From: Acidimicrobiales bacterium
GTDB taxonomy: Bacteria; Actinomycetota; Acidimicrobiia; Acidimicrobiales; JANYDT01
NCBI GenBank assembly: GCA_043734485.1
Contig: JAYTFI010000220.1
Coordinates: 1 to 32,683, forward strand
DNA length: 32,683 nucleotides
Direction: 5' to 3'
The notes beneath the pieces were generated by a model that worked only from the letters and a program-made list of their open reading frames with translations, was not told the DNA's origin and did not search any database. The translations under genes were made by a program, and so were the position numbers. Below are positions 24,410 to 31,652 of this stretch, piece by piece; position 1 is the stretch's first letter, and each line of letters begins with the position of its first letter.

Positions 24410-25618
24410 ATGGGTGAGCTCGTCAGCGTCAGCGTCGTCGGATCGACCGGCTCGGTCGGCACGCAGACGCTCGACGTCATCCGGGCCGAGCCCGGCCGGT
24501 TCCGGGTCGAGTGCATCGGCGCGTTCCGCAACGTCGACCTGCTGGTCGCCCAAGCTGCGGAGTTCCGGCCCAGGGTGGTCGCGGTGGGTGATGATTCCCA
24601 GATCGCCGCCATCCGCGATCGGCTGCCACCGGGCACCGATCTCGTGGGCGGCCCGAGGGCCATGGCCGAGATCGCGAACGAGGCCGACGTCTGCGTGAAC
24701 GGGGTCGTCGGCTTCGCTGGCCTGCCCGTCACGCTCGCGGCGTTGGCCGGCGGGCGGCGGTTGGCGCTGGCCAACAAGGAGTCGCTGATCACGGCCGGAC
24801 CGATCGTGGCCCAGGTGAAGCGAACGCCCGGAGCGGAGATCGTGCCCGTCGATTCCGAGCACTGTGCCGTGCACCAGTGTCTGGCCTCGCACCGAACCGC
24901 ACAGGCGCTGGGCGCCCCCGATCGACTGCGGCGGATCGTGCTGACGGCCAGTGGCGGACCGTTCCGGACCCGGGCGCACGAGGCTGGAGGCGGAGCGGCC
25001 GCTCGTGAAGCCCTGGCGCACGTCACGGTCGACGAAGCCCTCGCTCATCCCACCTGGAAAATGGGTCCGAAGATCACCATCGACTCCTCCACGCTGTTCA
25101 ACAAGGGCCTCGAGGTGATCGAGGCGAAGGAGCTGTTCGACGTCGACGTCGACCGTATCGATGTCGTCGTGCATCCGCAGTCGATCGTGCACTCCATGGT
25201 CGAGTTCACCGATGGCACCACGATCGCGCAGCTGTCCATGCCCGACATGCGCCTCCCGGTCGCCTATGCGCTTGCGTATCCCGATCGCACGGCCACAGCG
25301 TTCGGGGCGATGGACTGGTCGGCGGTCGGACGGCTCGATTTCGAGGCCCCCGACCGTGAGGCGTTTCCGTGCCTTGGCCTGGCCTACGAGGCCGCTCGGC
25401 GTGGTGGCGTAACACCCGCTTGGCTCAACGCGGCGAATGAGATCGCCGTCGCTGCCTTCCTCGCCGGCCGTCTGACGTGGGGAAACATCGCAAAGGTGAT
25501 CGAAGGTTCACTTATGCAGTCAGATTCTGATAAACCACTCTCCGTGGGTGATGTGATCGAAGCCGACCGCAGGGCGCGCGTCTGTGCCACCCGATTGTGC
25601 GAGGAGCTGACCCGATGA
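24410..25618 (+). CDS. dxr: 1-deoxy-D-xylulose 5-phosphate reductoisomerase
   Basis: The N-terminus GSTGSVGTQTLDV (NADPH motif), LANKESL, PVDSEH, ASGGPFR and NKGLEVIEA are Dxr signatures. 402 aa. Confidence 0.93.
   Translation: MGELVSVSVVGSTGSVGTQTLDVIRAEPGRFRVECIGAFRNVDLLVAQAAEFRPRVVAVGDDSQIAAIRDRLPPGTDLVGGPRAMAEIANEADVCVNGVVGFAGLPVTLAALAGGRRLALANKESLITAGPIVAQVKRTPGAEIVPVDSEHCAVHQCLASHRTAQALGAPDRLRRIVLTASGGPFRTRAHEAGGGAAAREALAHVTVDEALAHPTWKMGPKITIDSSTLFNKGLEVIEAKELFDVDVDRIDVVVHPQSIVHSMVEFTDGTTIAQLSMPDMRLPVAYALAYPDRTATAFGAMDWSAVGRLDFEAPDREAFPCLGLAYEAARRGGVTPAWLNAANEIAVAAFLAGRLTWGNIAKVIEGSLMQSDSDKPLSVGDVIEADRRARVCATRLCEELTR
25506..25537 (+). promoter_or_regulatory. AT-rich codon island inside the dxr 3' end; candidate internal promoter for rseP-ispG (TTCACT-16 nt-GATAAA)
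   Basis: ggttcacttatgcagtcagattctgataaaccac stands out against the GC-rich third positions of the rest of the gene. It lies ~80-110 nt upstream of the rseP ATG. The hexamers are only partial matches to consensus. Confidence 0.25.
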
Positions 25619-27009
25619 GCAGGATGAATTTCGAGGCGCCGGAACCCGAAACGGATTCCCGGTCCGACACCGTGATCGATCTCCGGAGCGACGGGTCGAC
25701 GGTCGCCGATCTGACCGCCGCCACCGCCGATCTGACCGCCGCCACCGCCGATCTGCCCGAGCCCCCCAAGCGCGTGAACCCGTTCGTGGCGTTGGCCGCC
25801 GTTGGCGCCCTGGCCGCCGTCGTTATCAGCGGCGGGAGCTACCGGGTGCTCCTGGTGGCCCTGTCCTTCGGCGCCATGATCCTTCTGCACGAGCTCGGCC
25901 ACTTCGTCACCGCCCGGCTGACCGGCATGAAGGCGACCGAGTTCTTCGTCGGGTTCGGGCCCCGGGTGTGGTCCTTCAAGCGGGGTGGCACGGAGTACGG
26001 CATCAAGGCGCTGCCGCTCGGCGGTTACGTGAAGATCCTCGGGATGCACAACCTCGACAGGCTTGACGATCCAGCCGATGAGCCCCGCACCTACCGCCAG
26101 GCGACCTTCCCGCGGCGAGTGCTCGTGGCGAGCGCCGGCACGCTGATGCACATGCTGATCGCATTCGTCATCTTTGTGATCCTGTACTCCGGCACGGGCC
26201 GACTGATCGATACCGACAACATGCAGATCAAGGCCGTCTCGGCGACGGTCGGTTCGGTCGCCAGCCCGGCCTCGGCCGCCGGTCTGCAGAACGGTGATCG
26301 CATCTACACGGTGAACGGCTATCGCATCACGGGAACAGTCGGTTCGGACGGGCTCACCGACCTGCTGCGCGTCGTGCAGTCGAACCCCGGAACTCCCCTC
26401 GAGTTCGGCATCGTGCGCAACAAGTCCCTCATCAAGAAGACCATTGTTCCGGCCACCGTCATCCTCGCCAACGGGGCCACGGTCGGGCGCATCGGTGTCA
26501 CCAGCGACACGTTCCAGGTCATCCGCGAACCGGTGGTCGACGGTGTCGGGCACTCGGTCAGCCAGATTTGGAAGGCGCTCCCACAGACCTTCTCGGCGCT
26601 CGGCGCCTTCTTCACGCCGAGGCACCTCAAGACCTACGGGCACAGTCTGGTCAACGCGGGCGGGCCGCAGGCGTCAACCGGCACTCAGGACCCGAATCGG
26701 TTCATGTCGCTTCCAGGAACCGTCAATGTCCTCGCCGATGCCAGCCGGGTCGACATCCGGTGGGCCTTGGAGCTGTTCGCCGTCATCAACGTGTTCGTCG
26801 GCGTCTTCAACATGCTGCCGGTGCTGCCCCTCGACGGTGGCCATGTGCTGATCGCCTTCTACGAGCGCCTCCGCAGCCGCAAGGGCCGTCGTTATCGGGT
26901 CGATGTGGCCAAGCTGATGCCCCTGACCTATGCCGTGGTCACGATCCTGATCGTCATCGGCATCTCATCGCTATACCTCGACATCCGCAATCCGCTGAAG
27001 CTGTTCTAA
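25615..27009 (+). CDS. rseP: RIP zinc metalloprotease RseP/Rip1 (M50 family with PDZ domain)
   Basis: ATG 25615 overlaps the dxr stop (ATGA). It has HELGHF in TM1, a PDZ-like segment SPASAAGLQNGDRIYTVNG and NMLPVLPLDGGH. The ~60-aa N-terminal extension contains a 21-bp repeat. Confidence 0.9.
   Translation: MSRMNFEAPEPETDSRSDTVIDLRSDGSTVADLTAATADLTAATADLPEPPKRVNPFVALAAVGALAAVVISGGSYRVLLVALSFGAMILLHELGHFVTARLTGMKATEFFVGFGPRVWSFKRGGTEYGIKALPLGGYVKILGMHNLDRLDDPADEPRTYRQATFPRRVLVASAGTLMHMLIAFVIFVILYSGTGRLIDTDNMQIKAVSATVGSVASPASAAGLQNGDRIYTVNGYRITGTVGSDGLTDLLRVVQSNPGTPLEFGIVRNKSLIKKTIVPATVILANGATVGRIGVTSDTFQVIREPVVDGVGHSVSQIWKALPQTFSALGAFFTPRHLKTYGHSLVNAGGPQASTGTQDPNRFMSLPGTVNVLADASRVDIRWALELFAVINVFVGVFNMLPVLPLDGGHVLIAFYERLRSRKGRRYRVDVAKLMPLTYAVVTILIVIGISSLYLDIRNPLKLF
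25705..25761 (+). repeat. 21-bp in-frame tandem repeat x2.7 in the rseP 5' region (ADLTAAT ADLTAAT ADLPE)
   Basis: gccgatctgaccgccgccacc occurs at 25705-25725 and 25726-25746. A partial copy gccgatctgcccgag is at 25747-25761. Confidence 0.9.
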
Positions 27010-27093
27010 ACGGCTCGGCGGGGGCCGCGTCTTGTTGGGCCAGGCGAGGCCTCGACGTGGAGCTTCGGGTACCGGCGGTGACGCAACAAACGG

Positions 27094-28335
27094 ATGCGCG
27101 GCAGTATGGCAGCCATGCTGCGCACCTATCCCCGCCGCGAGACCCGGAAAATCATGGTCGGCAAGGTGCCCGTCGGGGGCGGATCGCCGATCACGGTCCA
27201 GTCGATGACCACTACCAAGACGGCCGATGTCGACGGCACGCTGGCCCAGATCTACGCCCTTGCGGCCAACGGCGCGGACATCGTGCGCTGCACGTGCAAC
27301 GAAGTAGAGGCGGCTGAGGGTCTGGCCCGCATCGTGCCCCGATCCCCGGTGCCGATCGTGGCGGATATCCACTTCCAGTATCGCCTCGCGCTGGCTGCGC
27401 TCGAGGCCGGCGTCCAGTGCCTCCGACTGAACCCGGGCAACATCCGCAAGGCCGAGCACATCAAGGCCGTGGCCATGGAGGCCAAGGATCGCGGGGTGCC
27501 GATCCGCATCGGTGTCAACGGCGGCTCGCTCGACCCCGACATCGAGAAGCAGTACGGCCAGACTCCCGAGGGTCTCGTCGCCTCGGCCGTGCGCGAGCTG
27601 GCGCATTTCGCCGAGGTCGACTTCTACGATGTGAAGATCTCGGTGAAGGCGTCGAACCCGGCGCTCATGATCGAGTCGTACCGGCTGCTGGCCGATACGG
27701 TCGACTACCCGCTGCATCTCGGCGTCACCGAGGCCGGGCCGCTGCCGGGTGGACTGGTGAAGGCGACGGCTGGCATCGCCACTCTCCTGGCGGAGGGCAT
27801 CGGCGACACGATCCGCTACTCGCTGACGGCGGACCCGGTCGAGGAGAGCCGCGCCGGGCGTCAGCTGCTCGAGTCGCTCGGCCTGCGAGAACGCGTTGGG
27901 CTGGATCTCATCGCGTGTCCGTCGTGCGGGCGGGCCGAGATCGATGTGATCCGGGTGGCCGAGGAAGCCCAGGAGGCGCTGCGCGACCTCAACGTGCCGA
28001 TCCAGGTCGCGGTGATGGGCTGCGTCGTGAACGGACCGGGCGAAGCGGCTTCGGCCGACCTCGGCATCGCCGCCGGTCGCCATCGTGGGCACCTGTTCGT
28101 GAAGGGCAAGGTCGTGCGGGTGGTGCCGGAGAACGAGATGGTGAGTGCCCTGGTAGCGATGGCGAAGGAGATCGCCGCATCCGGGGTGGAAGACGTGCTG
28201 GCCCACGCCGACGCCGGAGCGGCGGGTGAGGCCGAGAAGGATCGCCGATTGCTGCTCGGCGAGCAGGGTGACGACGCGAACCACAGTGAGGCCCGTGTGC
28301 AGATCATCAAGAAGACCGTTGCCGCTGCCGACTAG
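27094..28335 (+). CDS. ispG: 4-hydroxy-3-methylbut-2-en-1-yl diphosphate synthase (flavodoxin)
   Basis: VGGGSPITVQSMTTT, IVRCTCN, RLNPGN, GVNGGSL, ACPSCGR and MGCVVNGPGE are IspG/GcpE signatures. Alternative starts are ATG 27106 and 27115. Confidence 0.93.
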   Translation: MRGSMAAMLRTYPRRETRKIMVGKVPVGGGSPITVQSMTTTKTADVDGTLAQIYALAANGADIVRCTCNEVEAAEGLARIVPRSPVPIVADIHFQYRLALAALEAGVQCLRLNPGNIRKAEHIKAVAMEAKDRGVPIRIGVNGGSLDPDIEKQYGQTPEGLVASAVRELAHFAEVDFYDVKISVKASNPALMIESYRLLADTVDYPLHLGVTEAGPLPGGLVKATAGIATLLAEGIGDTIRYSLTADPVEESRAGRQLLESLGLRERVGLDLIACPSCGRAEIDVIRVAEEAQEALRDLNVPIQVAVMGCVVNGPGEAASADLGIAAGRHRGHLFVKGKVVRVVPENEMVSALVAMAKEIAASGVEDVLAHADAGAAGEAEKDRRLLLGEQGDDANHSEARVQIIKKTVAAAD

Positions 28336-28389
28336 CACCCCACTAGCGCGGTCGAGGAATGAGCGAGTGGATCGGCGCGTGAAGCACCT

Positions 28390-29085
28390 GTGACCGAGAA
28401 GACGGATTGGAACCCGATTCTGCGGGTCGAGTTCGCCAAGCCCTACTGGGCGCCGTTGCAGTCGTTCGTCGCCGAGGAGCGATCGAAGGTTGCGGTGTAC
28501 CCGCCGAAGGACGAGGTGTTCGCTGCGCTCCACCTCACACCGTTCGCCGATACAAAGGTGCTCATCCTCGGCCAGGACCCATACCACGGCCCGGGCCAGG
28601 CGCATGGGTTGTGCTTCTCCGTGCGTCCCGGCGTGCCCTCGCCGCCGTCGCTTGTGAACATCTTCAAGGAGCTCCACGACGACCTCGGCCTGCCCATCCC
28701 GACGCACGGCAACCTCGACCGCTGGACCCGCCAGGGTGTGCTGCTGCTGAACACGACCCTCACGGTTCGGGCCCATGCGGCCGCGTCGCATCAGGGGAAG
28801 GGCTGGGAGACGTTCACCGACGCAGTGATCGATGCCGTGGCGGCCAAGGCGGAGCGGGTCGTGTTCATCCTGTGGGGGGCTTCGGCCCGCAAGAAGAAAC
28901 CACGAATACAGTCGGTCGGCGAGGACCGGCATGTGGTGATCGAGTCGGCCCATCCTTCGCCGCTCTCCGCGCACAACGGGTTCTTCGGGAGCAGGCCGTT
29001 CTCCCGTGCCAATTCGGCGCTGGTCGAGGCGGGCCGCGGCCCGATCGACTGGTCGCTCGATGGCCGACCCGGTGGCGCGGTCTGA
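28390..29085 (+). CDS. ung: uracil-DNA glycosylase (family 1)
   Basis: The water-activating loop GQDPYHGPGQAHGLCFSV, LLLNTTLTV and the C-terminal HPSPLSA motif are present. 231 aa with GTG start. Confidence 0.92.
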   Translation: MTEKTDWNPILRVEFAKPYWAPLQSFVAEERSKVAVYPPKDEVFAALHLTPFADTKVLILGQDPYHGPGQAHGLCFSVRPGVPSPPSLVNIFKELHDDLGLPIPTHGNLDRWTRQGVLLLNTTLTVRAHAAASHQGKGWETFTDAVIDAVAAKAERVVFILWGASARKKKPRIQSVGEDRHVVIESAHPSPLSAHNGFFGSRPFSRANSALVEAGRGPIDWSLDGRPGGAV

Positions 29086-29143
29086 TCGGGCAGGCCCCCG
29101 TGTCGGGTACGATTGCGACCCGCTTCTGAGAAGGAGTCCTGGT

Positions 29144-29175
29144 GGCGTGGGCGGTGCCCACGCCAGCGCTGTTTT
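29144..29175 (+). terminator. candidate intrinsic terminator downstream of ung
   Basis: Perfect 9-bp GC-rich stem ggcgtgggc-ggt-gcccacgcc (29144-29164), followed after 7 nt by tttt (29172-29175). The T-tract is short and displaced. Confidence 0.4.
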
Positions 29176-29254
29176 CAGGGCCCGTTACTCCGTCGTGACC
29201 TGCAGAAACCGAATATCCGAGCCAAGCCGAGATGCGCCGAGGAGGTGCCACAAG

Positions 29255-29923
29255 ATGACCAAGAGCACCACGTCCGCAACCGAATCCTCACTCCAGGACC
29301 TGCTTGCTCCGGTTCTCGCGGAGGCCAACCTCGAGCTGATCGACATCGTGTGCGCCGGCCTGGGCACAGCAGCGGCGGCAGTCGAGATCCGCGTCGACCA
29401 CTCCCCGCAGCATCCGCTCGGCGGCCGGATCGATCTCGAAGGCGTGAGCGCGGCGACCCGCCTAATCGACGCCGCGCTCGAGGCCCACGACCCGATTGTG
29501 GGTGGGTACACACTCGAAGTGTCGAGCCCGGGTCTCGAACGGCCGCTGCGCACCCCTGACCACTTTCGCCGCTTCCTCAGCACGGTGGTCAGCGTTAAGA
29601 CGGTCGCGTCAGCGGAAGGTGAGCGCCGGATCGAAGGCCGTCTCGATGACGCCGACGCCGACGCCGACGGTGGCATCACCGTCGCCGGCCGCGCCATTGC
29701 CTACGCCGACATCGAACGGGCTCGCACGGTCTTCGTCTGGGGCCCGCAGCCGAAGCCCGGTACCGGCAGCAAGCCGGGCAAGGTCGCCAACTCAGCCAAC
29801 TCAGCCAAGAACGCGGCCACCACAGCGTTGCCCGCAACTTCGCAGCACCCCCACAAGCAGGCGGCCTCGCAGCACCCCCAAACGCAACAGGTCGCCGATC
29901 ACCGCCCAGGAGGCACACGATGA
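29255..29923 (+). CDS. rimP: ribosome maturation factor RimP (with Gln/Pro/Lys-rich C-terminal tail)
   Basis: ATG 29255 is preceded by GGAGGTG. LQDLLAPVLAEANLELIDIV...GGYTLEVSSPGLERPLRTPDHFRRF is a RimP pattern. The stop overlaps the nusA start (ATGA). The upstream part of track ORF 29006 is rejected. Confidence 0.88.
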   Translation: MTKSTTSATESSLQDLLAPVLAEANLELIDIVCAGLGTAAAAVEIRVDHSPQHPLGGRIDLEGVSAATRLIDAALEAHDPIVGGYTLEVSSPGLERPLRTPDHFRRFLSTVVSVKTVASAEGERRIEGRLDDADADADGGITVAGRAIAYADIERARTVFVWGPQPKPGTGSKPGKVANSANSAKNAATTALPATSQHPHKQAASQHPQTQQVADHRPGGTR

Positions 29924-31203
29924 AACTGCTCCAACAGGACTTCATGGAAGCGCTCGAGGTCATAGAGCGCGAGCGCGGGGTGCCGAAGGAGCAGCTCCTG
30001 GACGCGTTGGCGAACGCGCTCGTCACCGCCTACAAGCGCCAGCCCCGTGCCGCCGAAGAAGCAGTCGTCTCCATCGACCCCGACACGGGCGAGATATGGG
30101 TCTACGCGCAGGAGCTCGACGAGGACGGCAATGTCGTGCGGGAGTGGGACGACACGCCGAAGGACTTCGGCCGCATCGCCGCACAGACGGCCAAGCAGGT
30201 CATCCAGCAGCGGATTCGTGAAGTCGAGCGGGAGATGAAATACGAGGAGTACTCGGGCCGCGAGGGCGGTCTCGTCACCGGCATCGTGCAGCAAGGCGAC
30301 AACCGCTACACCCTGCTCGACCTCGGCCGCGTCGAGGCGCTGCTGCCCCAAGCCGAGCAGGTCCCCCACGAGCGTTATGAGCAGGGCTCTCGGCTGAAGG
30401 CGTACATCGTCGAGGTCCGCAAGACGAACAAGGGCCCGCAGATCGTCGTGTCGCGCACCCATCCGGGGCTTGTGAAGTGCCTATTTGAGCTCGAGGTTCC
30501 GGAGATCGCCGACGGCGTCGTCGAGATCAAGGCCATGTCGCGCGAGCCGGGCCATCGGACCAAGGTGGCGGTCTGGTCGAACGATCCCAACGTCGATGCG
30601 GCAGGTGCCTGCATCGGTGCCCGGGGCGCGCGCGTCCGTATGGTCGTGAACGAACTCCGTGGCGAGAAGATCGACATCGTCCCGTTCAGCCACGATCCCG
30701 CCGAGTTCGTCCGCGAGGCACTCGGGCCGGCGAAGATCAAAGAGGTCCGCATCGACGAGCACATGGGCGTCGCCACGGTCATCGTCCCCGATTTCCAGCT
30801 CTCGCTGGCCATCGGCAAGGAGGGCCAGAATGCCCGTCTCGCAGCCCGCCTCACCGGCTGGCGTGTCGACATCAAGGGCGAGACGCAGCTTGCAGAAGAA
30901 GAGGCTGCCGGCGAGGGTCAGGAGTACGCCGAGGGCGAATGGGTTCTCGATCCGACAACGGGAGAGCAGCTCTGGGTGCCGGCCGATGGTGGTGAGGCGA
31001 TGTCGGCCGAAGACTGGTCGGCCGGTGCGGTCGCCGCTGGAGAGGCCGCAGCTGCGGTGCTCGACGAGGGTGGAAACGCGGTCGCGGCCACTGCGTCTAC
31101 CGCGATCGCAGCCGCGGATGTCGTGGCTGCGGATGTCGCAGCTGCGGATGCGGATGCCCCGGCTGGCGAGGGTGACACAGGCACCACGAGCGCGCCGAGC
31201 TGA
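29920..31203 (+). CDS. nusA: transcription termination/antitermination factor NusA
   Basis: The N-terminal domain, S1 domain (GLVTGIVQQGDNRYTLLDLGRVEALL) and KH1/KH2 (GACIGARGARV, LAIGKEGQNARLAARLTGWRVDI) are present. A ~100-aa acidic/Ala-rich C-terminal tail follows. Confidence 0.95.
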   Translation: MKLLQQDFMEALEVIERERGVPKEQLLDALANALVTAYKRQPRAAEEAVVSIDPDTGEIWVYAQELDEDGNVVREWDDTPKDFGRIAAQTAKQVIQQRIREVEREMKYEEYSGREGGLVTGIVQQGDNRYTLLDLGRVEALLPQAEQVPHERYEQGSRLKAYIVEVRKTNKGPQIVVSRTHPGLVKCLFELEVPEIADGVVEIKAMSREPGHRTKVAVWSNDPNVDAAGACIGARGARVRMVVNELRGEKIDIVPFSHDPAEFVREALGPAKIKEVRIDEHMGVATVIVPDFQLSLAIGKEGQNARLAARLTGWRVDIKGETQLAEEEAAGEGQEYAEGEWVLDPTTGEQLWVPADGGEAMSAEDWSAGAVAAGEAAAAVLDEGGNAVAATASTAIAAADVVAADVAAADADAPAGEGDTGTTSAPS

Positions 31204-31472
31204 GCCGCCGGACGGTCGCCGAGAAGCCGACCGGCGCCGGCCCGTGGCGCACCTGCCTCGTGTGCCGGTCGGTTCGGAAACCCGATGCACTCGTGCGCGT
31301 CGTCCTGGTCGGGGACCGTCTCGAGGTGGGACGGTCGCTCCCCGGACGTGGTGCGTGGCTGTGTGTCGGTCCGACATGCACGCCCCGGCTGCACGAGAAG
31401 CCGCTCGCCCGGGCGCTGCGGGGCACCGTGACCACGGCTGCTCGGGAAGATCTTCAGCGCCGCTTGCCGTAG
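31200..31472 (+). CDS. YlxR/DUF448-family RNA-binding protein; 5' end placed at CTG 31200 (the canonical-start ORF begins only at GTG 31260)
   Basis: It occupies the conserved position between nusA and infB. The signature ..WRTCLVCRSVRKPDALVRVV....GRGAWLC is present, but its RTCxxC part lies upstream of the first ATG/GTG/TTG. See the finding. The gene call is solid; the start is uncertain. Confidence 0.65.
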   Translation: MSRRTVAEKPTGAGPWRTCLVCRSVRKPDALVRVVLVGDRLEVGRSLPGRGAWLCVGPTCTPRLHEKPLARALRGTVTTAAREDLQRRLP

Positions 31473-31652
31473 GTACAGGACGTTGGTTTTTCGGGTCGTC
31501 GGAAACGTGGGAGCATGTCAGGTCCCTGTCCGACCTCCCCCGAGGTGTGGCACATGCGCCTGCGCTGCCCTTTGGGTCGACGACGGCATTGGACACGATC
31601 CACCGCAACACGCACGAACCTGCACGGACAGTGCAGATGTCACCACAGAGGA

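Noticed and set aside
26971-28974. 667-aa minus-strand ORF
   Set aside because: It is antisense to ispG and ung, both with clear signatures. It has Arg/His/Leu-rich shadow-frame composition.
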